Positions 28,118 to 32,000 of a stretch of 32,000 bases of DNA are shown here, piece after piece; positions within the stretch are counted from its first letter, which is position 1, and every line of letters begins with the position of its first letter. The DNA comes from Desulfobulbus propionicus DSM 2032 (lineage in GTDB: Bacteria > Desulfobacterota > Desulfobulbia > Desulfobulbales > Desulfobulbaceae): contig NC_014972.1 in the NCBI RefSeq assembly GCF_000186885.1, forward strand, positions 3,540,001-3,572,000, given 5' to 3'. The position numbers and the translations under genes were made by a program. The notes below the pieces were generated by a model. The model was not told the DNA's origin and made no database searches. It saw only the letters and a program-made list of their open reading frames with translations.

Positions 28118-30121
28118 TCAAAAATGGAATTTCACACCGCCGTACACGGAGAATCCCTCCATGCAGTAGCCGGATTCCGTGTATTCCTTATCCAACAGGT
28201 TATCAATGCGGGCAAAGAGATCCATATTCTCCAAGGCCTTATACGTACCGGACAGATTCACAGTGGTGACCCCGTCTTCCTCCCAGCGGATACTGTTCCA
28301 GCTCGGATCATTGAGCGGGACAATCTGCGCATCCCGCCAATTGATATCCAAGGCCATGGTCAGCTTGTCCATGGAATAGAGGGTGACGATGAAGTCAATC
28401 TTGTTTCTCGGCAGGTAGGTATTGCGGGTCCAATCGGCATTCTCATCAGCCTTGGAACGGGAGTCGATGTAGGTGTAGGCCAGATCAAATCGAACCATCT
28501 TCCAGGGCTGCACGCGAATCGAGGTCTCAATACCTGAGCTTTCACCCTCCTTGGCGTTGTCGTAACGCATGGCCGTATTATCGAAAATGATCATGTCGTC
28601 GAACTGGGTTTGAAAATAGGTAACCCCTACATTGACCTTGCCCCCTGCCAGCTCCTGGTTGACACCGATCTCGTAACTGGTGCTTTCTTCCGGTTGCAGG
28701 TCCGGGTTACCGATGGTGATCAGGTTGCCGTTATAGAGGTAGCCACCATAAATCTCGTACAATCCCGGAGTGCGATAGCCGGTGCCCACGTGGGCATGGA
28801 GTTTGGTTCCGGTGTTTTTAAACAGATACGCCGCCGAGGTTTCCCAGACAGCCTCACCATCAAATTCATCGTGGTCGTTGTATCGGCCTCCCAGGTTGAT
28901 AAACAGGCTGCGATCAAGCAGGGCAAACTGGGCCTGGCTAAAGACGTCTTTATTCCCCCACGACTCATCAAAACTGACCGGGGTATAATCGCCGGCATAT
29001 TTGTTCTTGGGTTCCTGACCGTCGTAGACGGATTTCTCGTAATCAGCCCCGAGATTGAGTGTCAGCCACTGGTTGAGATGCAGGTTGTGCTGCATTTCCA
29101 CATAACTGGTTTCGCCATCGTAGTTGGATTGGTCTCCCGGAGTGGTGGACCAAAAATAGTGGCGTTCGGTGGCGCCTTGCGAGCCCTTGAGCGAGAAATC
29201 CCACAGCGGCGAGATCGTCTGGTTCCAGTTGAGTCCCACCTGATAGAGTTGCCCTTCGCGATGCTGGTCCGCATAGGCCTGGTTCTTGATCAGACCGCCA
29301 TCGGCGCCCAGACTCGGAGAACTGCCCATGGCCAGATCGGTATCCGAAAAAATGCCGCTGAACTCGACGGTAGTCCTCTCTGTGGGTTTTACGCCTGCCC
29401 CAAAGGTCGCGCCGGTGTTATCGTACCAGTAGCCGTTGGGGCCACCGTTGTTGGCGCCATCGGTGGTGATGTACATGGGGTTGAAATCGACGTAATAGTT
29501 GTCCTTGCCGTAGGCGGCGCGGGCGTTGGTAACATAGGTGCCGTTGGGGCCGAACTCGTTGCGCCATTCCGCCGAAGGCCCGGATTGCCATCTTTTGGGA
29601 ATGATGTTGACCACCCCGCCCATGGCCTGGGAACCGTAGAGGGTACTGTTGGTCCCCTTCAGCACCTCCACCCGATCGAGATTGGAACCGCTGTACATAT
29701 CTTCGATGAAGTATTGCAGGGTGCTCTGGGTGTCGGCGGCATCGCGCAACGGCATGCCGTTGTACTGATATTGAGTGTACTGCGAGCCCGTGCCACGGAT
29801 GCTGATATTGGACCACTGCCCCATACCCCCGAGCCTGCGAAGATAAACGCCGGGCTCGTTGTCGAGCAATTCGGGGAGGAAATACTGTTGTTGCTCCTCC
29901 CGATCCTCGCTGTCGATAATATTGATGCTTTTGGTGGTTTCTTTGAGCAGGGTTTCCGTCCGCGAGGCGGTTACCACGATATCCTCGGCCTTCTGGATGG
30001 TTTGCTGTTCTTCGGAGGTTACGGTTTCCTGGTCATTGGCCAGCGCCGGAACGGCCATCCACGGCATCAGAGCCAGGGCAAAGAGTAACTGGCTCGGTTG
30101 CAGTCTTATTCTTGATTGCAT
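28118..30121 (-). CDS. btuB: TonB-dependent outer-membrane receptor, BtuB-like
   Basis: Signal peptide, TonB-box region AEDIVVTASR, plug ISIRGTGSQYTQYQYNGMPLRD...LDRVEVLKGTNSTLYGSQAMGGVVNIIPK, terminal beta-strand VYGGVKFHF. ATG at 30119-30121 with AAGGAGACACCC. Confidence 0.85.
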   Translation of the reverse strand: MQSRIRLQPSQLLFALALMPWMAVPALANDQETVTSEEQQTIQKAEDIVVTASRTETLLKETTKSINIIDSEDREEQQQYFLPELLDNEPGVYLRRLGGMGQWSNISIRGTGSQYTQYQYNGMPLRDAADTQSTLQYFIEDMYSGSNLDRVEVLKGTNSTLYGSQAMGGVVNIIPKRWQSGPSAEWRNEFGPNGTYVTNARAAYGKDNYYVDFNPMYITTDGANNGGPNGYWYDNTGATFGAGVKPTERTTVEFSGIFSDTDLAMGSSPSLGADGGLIKNQAYADQHREGQLYQVGLNWNQTISPLWDFSLKGSQGATERHYFWSTTPGDQSNYDGETSYVEMQHNLHLNQWLTLNLGADYEKSVYDGQEPKNKYAGDYTPVSFDESWGNKDVFSQAQFALLDRSLFINLGGRYNDHDEFDGEAVWETSAAYLFKNTGTKLHAHVGTGYRTPGLYEIYGGYLYNGNLITIGNPDLQPEESTSYEIGVNQELAGGKVNVGVTYFQTQFDDMIIFDNTAMRYDNAKEGESSGIETSIRVQPWKMVRFDLAYTYIDSRSKADENADWTRNTYLPRNKIDFIVTLYSMDKLTMALDINWRDAQIVPLNDPSWNSIRWEEDGVTTVNLSGTYKALENMDLFARIDNLLDKEYTESGYCMEGFSVYGGVKFHF

Positions 30122-30156
30122 GGGTGTCTCCTTTTTGCTGTTTCTTTAGTTCAATC

Positions 30157-32000
30157 TCAAAACTTATAGGAATAACTGAGAAAAAAGGACTGACCAGGTT
30201 TGGGGTAACCCTTTTTCTCGTAGTAGTCCTCGTCAAAGAGGTTATCGATGGTCAGCGCCACCCGGTGGTGCTCCAGAAAATTGTAGCCCACCACAAAATC
30301 GATCACGGTAAAGGAAGGGTATTCGATCTCCGGGTAACCGGCGGTAACCCAGTCGGTGTCACGCATCGGTCCAACGGTACGAAAATGGAGACGGCTGTCG
30401 ATGGTGCCATCATCGTATTCCACCCCATAGTTATAGGTGTAGTCGGCGACATTGTAGATATCGCGATTGGTGCCGGCAGTGACCTCCTCTTCCGCCGAAA
30501 AGATGGTGGTATTGTTGACGTAGAACTTGAGGCTGCGGTTCCAGTGCAGGGGTACGCCGAGATCAAAACTCAAGGTTGATTCCAGCCCCTGAATATCGGC
30601 ACCCAGTGCGTTGATATAGGTTTTGACGTTACCGCTCTGGGTGGTGGTGATGCGATCATCGACCGTGGTGTCGAAATAGGTGACATCCAATGCCACACCC
30701 CAGGCAGGGAGTTCATAGCCGACACCCGCGTCCCAGGTGGTCGAGGTTTCGGGATCAAGTCCGCTGTTGCCTTGGGTGATCATGGTGACGCCGCCGACCA
30801 TGGTTTCGGAATAACCGGCCAGTTCAAAAGCGCTGGGCGGGACAAAGGCTTGGCCGATGGTGGAATGCAGTCGAATACCGGAATCAAAGAGGTAGTTGGC
30901 GCCGACCCGGGGACTGAAGGTGGAAAAATCCTCGGTCGTGGGATCAAAGCCGCTCATGTAGGGGGTGGACAGGGTTTCAACCTCAAAGGTGTCATAACGT
31001 CCGCCGCCGGTGAGGGTCAGGCGTTTATCATTGAACTTCCACACCGATTCGAGATAACCGGCCAAGTTGGTGCGGCCTTCATCGGGGGAAGAGGGCGCCT
31101 TGCGGCTGCCGCTGGTGGTGTAACTGCGCGAGAGTTTTTCGATGTACTGGTAATCGAATCCAGCAATAAACTTGTGATCGCCCCAGGTGTAGGTATCCTG
31201 CAACTGCCACCCATCCCAGGTGGTGTCGGAATCATAGCTCCGATAGGTGGGAACGGTTTTGCTACCGGAATAGTTCGAGTAATTTTCAGCCTCTTCCTCG
31301 GTATGGTAGACGGTGGCCCCGACCTCATTATTGGCGCCCAGTCCGCCACCGACCCGCAGATCGACACCGTTATTGTCGATATCCTTGCTGCCGCTGCGCA
31401 CATCGCCGTAGGCCACGTCACCGGGGGTTTCAATGTCACGGCCCTGGTACATATTGGCGGAAAAATCCGCTCGCCAGTCATCGGCAAAATTGCCGCCAAT
31501 GCGCACTGAACCGTTGCGGGTGCTGTAGGCGGTGCTGGCGCGTTCATCACCATTGTCCCCGGTTTTCAGATTATCGGCCTGCTCGTACCGGCCAGCAGCC
31601 ACATTAAAATCCAGCTTGTCGGCAATAATGGCCCCACCGGTATTCAGTTTCTCGAAATTGGTATCAAAGCTGCCAAATCCGGCCTCTACCTCACCGGCAA
31701 TGCCCTTAGTATTTTTCTTGGTGATCACATTGACCACGCCTCCCATAGCCTCGGCACCGTACAACGAGGAGGCGGGTCCTTTAAGGACCTCAATGCGTTC
31801 GACGTTATCGGTGAGCACGGTGGCCAGGTTGGTGGCACCAATGGGGCGGCCGTCGAGAAGAATCAAGCTGTGTTTGGTGATACCGGAAAACTCGGGCCGG
31901 AAGCCGCGGATGCCGATACCTGCCAAGGCTCCCGGATACTCGATCACACTGACCGAACTCGATTTTTTCAGCTGTTCGGTGATCATGGTGGCTGCGGTCA
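30157..32000 (-). CDS. Second TonB-dependent receptor (N-terminus runs off the window)
   Basis: Plug GIGIRGFRPEFSGITKHSLILLDGRPIGATNLATVLTDNVERIEVLKGPASSLYGAEAMGGVVNVITKK...; C-terminal ...SFFLSYSYKF. The signal peptide and TonB box are missing, so the gene extends past 32000. Confidence 0.88.
   Translation of the reverse strand, partial: TAATMITEQLKKSSSVSVIEYPGALAGIGIRGFRPEFSGITKHSLILLDGRPIGATNLATVLTDNVERIEVLKGPASSLYGAEAMGGVVNVITKKNTKGIAGEVEAGFGSFDTNFEKLNTGGAIIADKLDFNVAAGRYEQADNLKTGDNGDERASTAYSTRNGSVRIGGNFADDWRADFSANMYQGRDIETPGDVAYGDVRSGSKDIDNNGVDLRVGGGLGANNEVGATVYHTEEEAENYSNYSGSKTVPTYRSYDSDTTWDGWQLQDTYTWGDHKFIAGFDYQYIEKLSRSYTTSGSRKAPSSPDEGRTNLAGYLESVWKFNDKRLTLTGGGRYDTFEVETLSTPYMSGFDPTTEDFSTFSPRVGANYLFDSGIRLHSTIGQAFVPPSAFELAGYSETMVGGVTMITQGNSGLDPETSTTWDAGVGYELPAWGVALDVTYFDTTVDDRITTTQSGNVKTYINALGADIQGLESTLSFDLGVPLHWNRSLKFYVNNTTIFSAEEEVTAGTNRDIYNVADYTYNYGVEYDDGTIDSRLHFRTVGPMRDTDWVTAGYPEIEYPSFTVIDFVVGYNFLEHHRVALTIDNLFDEDYYEKKGYPKPGQSFFLSYSYKF

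Noticed and set aside
28610-30088. 492 aa plus-strand ORF
   Set aside because: Antisense shadow of the TonB receptor gene; composition is not protein-like.

Overview
The 32 kb window looks like a GC-rich anaerobic (deltaproteobacterial-like) chromosome segment. Nearly all genes are on the minus strand, and much of the content concerns cobalamin/tetrapyrroles. In order it contains: (i) a phage-style recombination cassette (SSB, PD-(D/E)XK Fe-S nuclease, Rad52-family annealase) at 0-2.3 kb; (ii) an outer-membrane protein and a small RHH-like protein; (iii) a methylmalonyl-CoA mutase operon (mutA-mutB-meaB) preceded by two tandem cobalamin riboswitches, each followed by a clear intrinsic terminator; (iv) an AT-rich islet with a VF530-type protein and an orphan ParA plus small partner; (v) a polar amino-acid-type ABC transporter on the plus strand; (vi) a long, tightly packed minus-strand cluster (about 16-32 kb) encoding two TonB-dependent receptors, a corrinoid adenosyltransferase, a radical SAM/SPASM protein, a two-domain nitrilase, a CobN-type chelatase large subunit, a DUF4198-like exported protein, a membrane polyferredoxin, a double-cubane/2-hydroxyacyl-CoA-dehydratase-like protein, its ATP-dependent activase and a TauE/SafE-like membrane protein. 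Cluster (vi) is the best candidate for an undescribed system, possibly corrinoid/metallotetrapyrrole acquisition and ATP-driven reduction or metal exchange. The tandem riboswitches ahead of a B12-dependent enzyme are the strongest regulatory oddity. All family assignments come from reading motifs, not from database searches.
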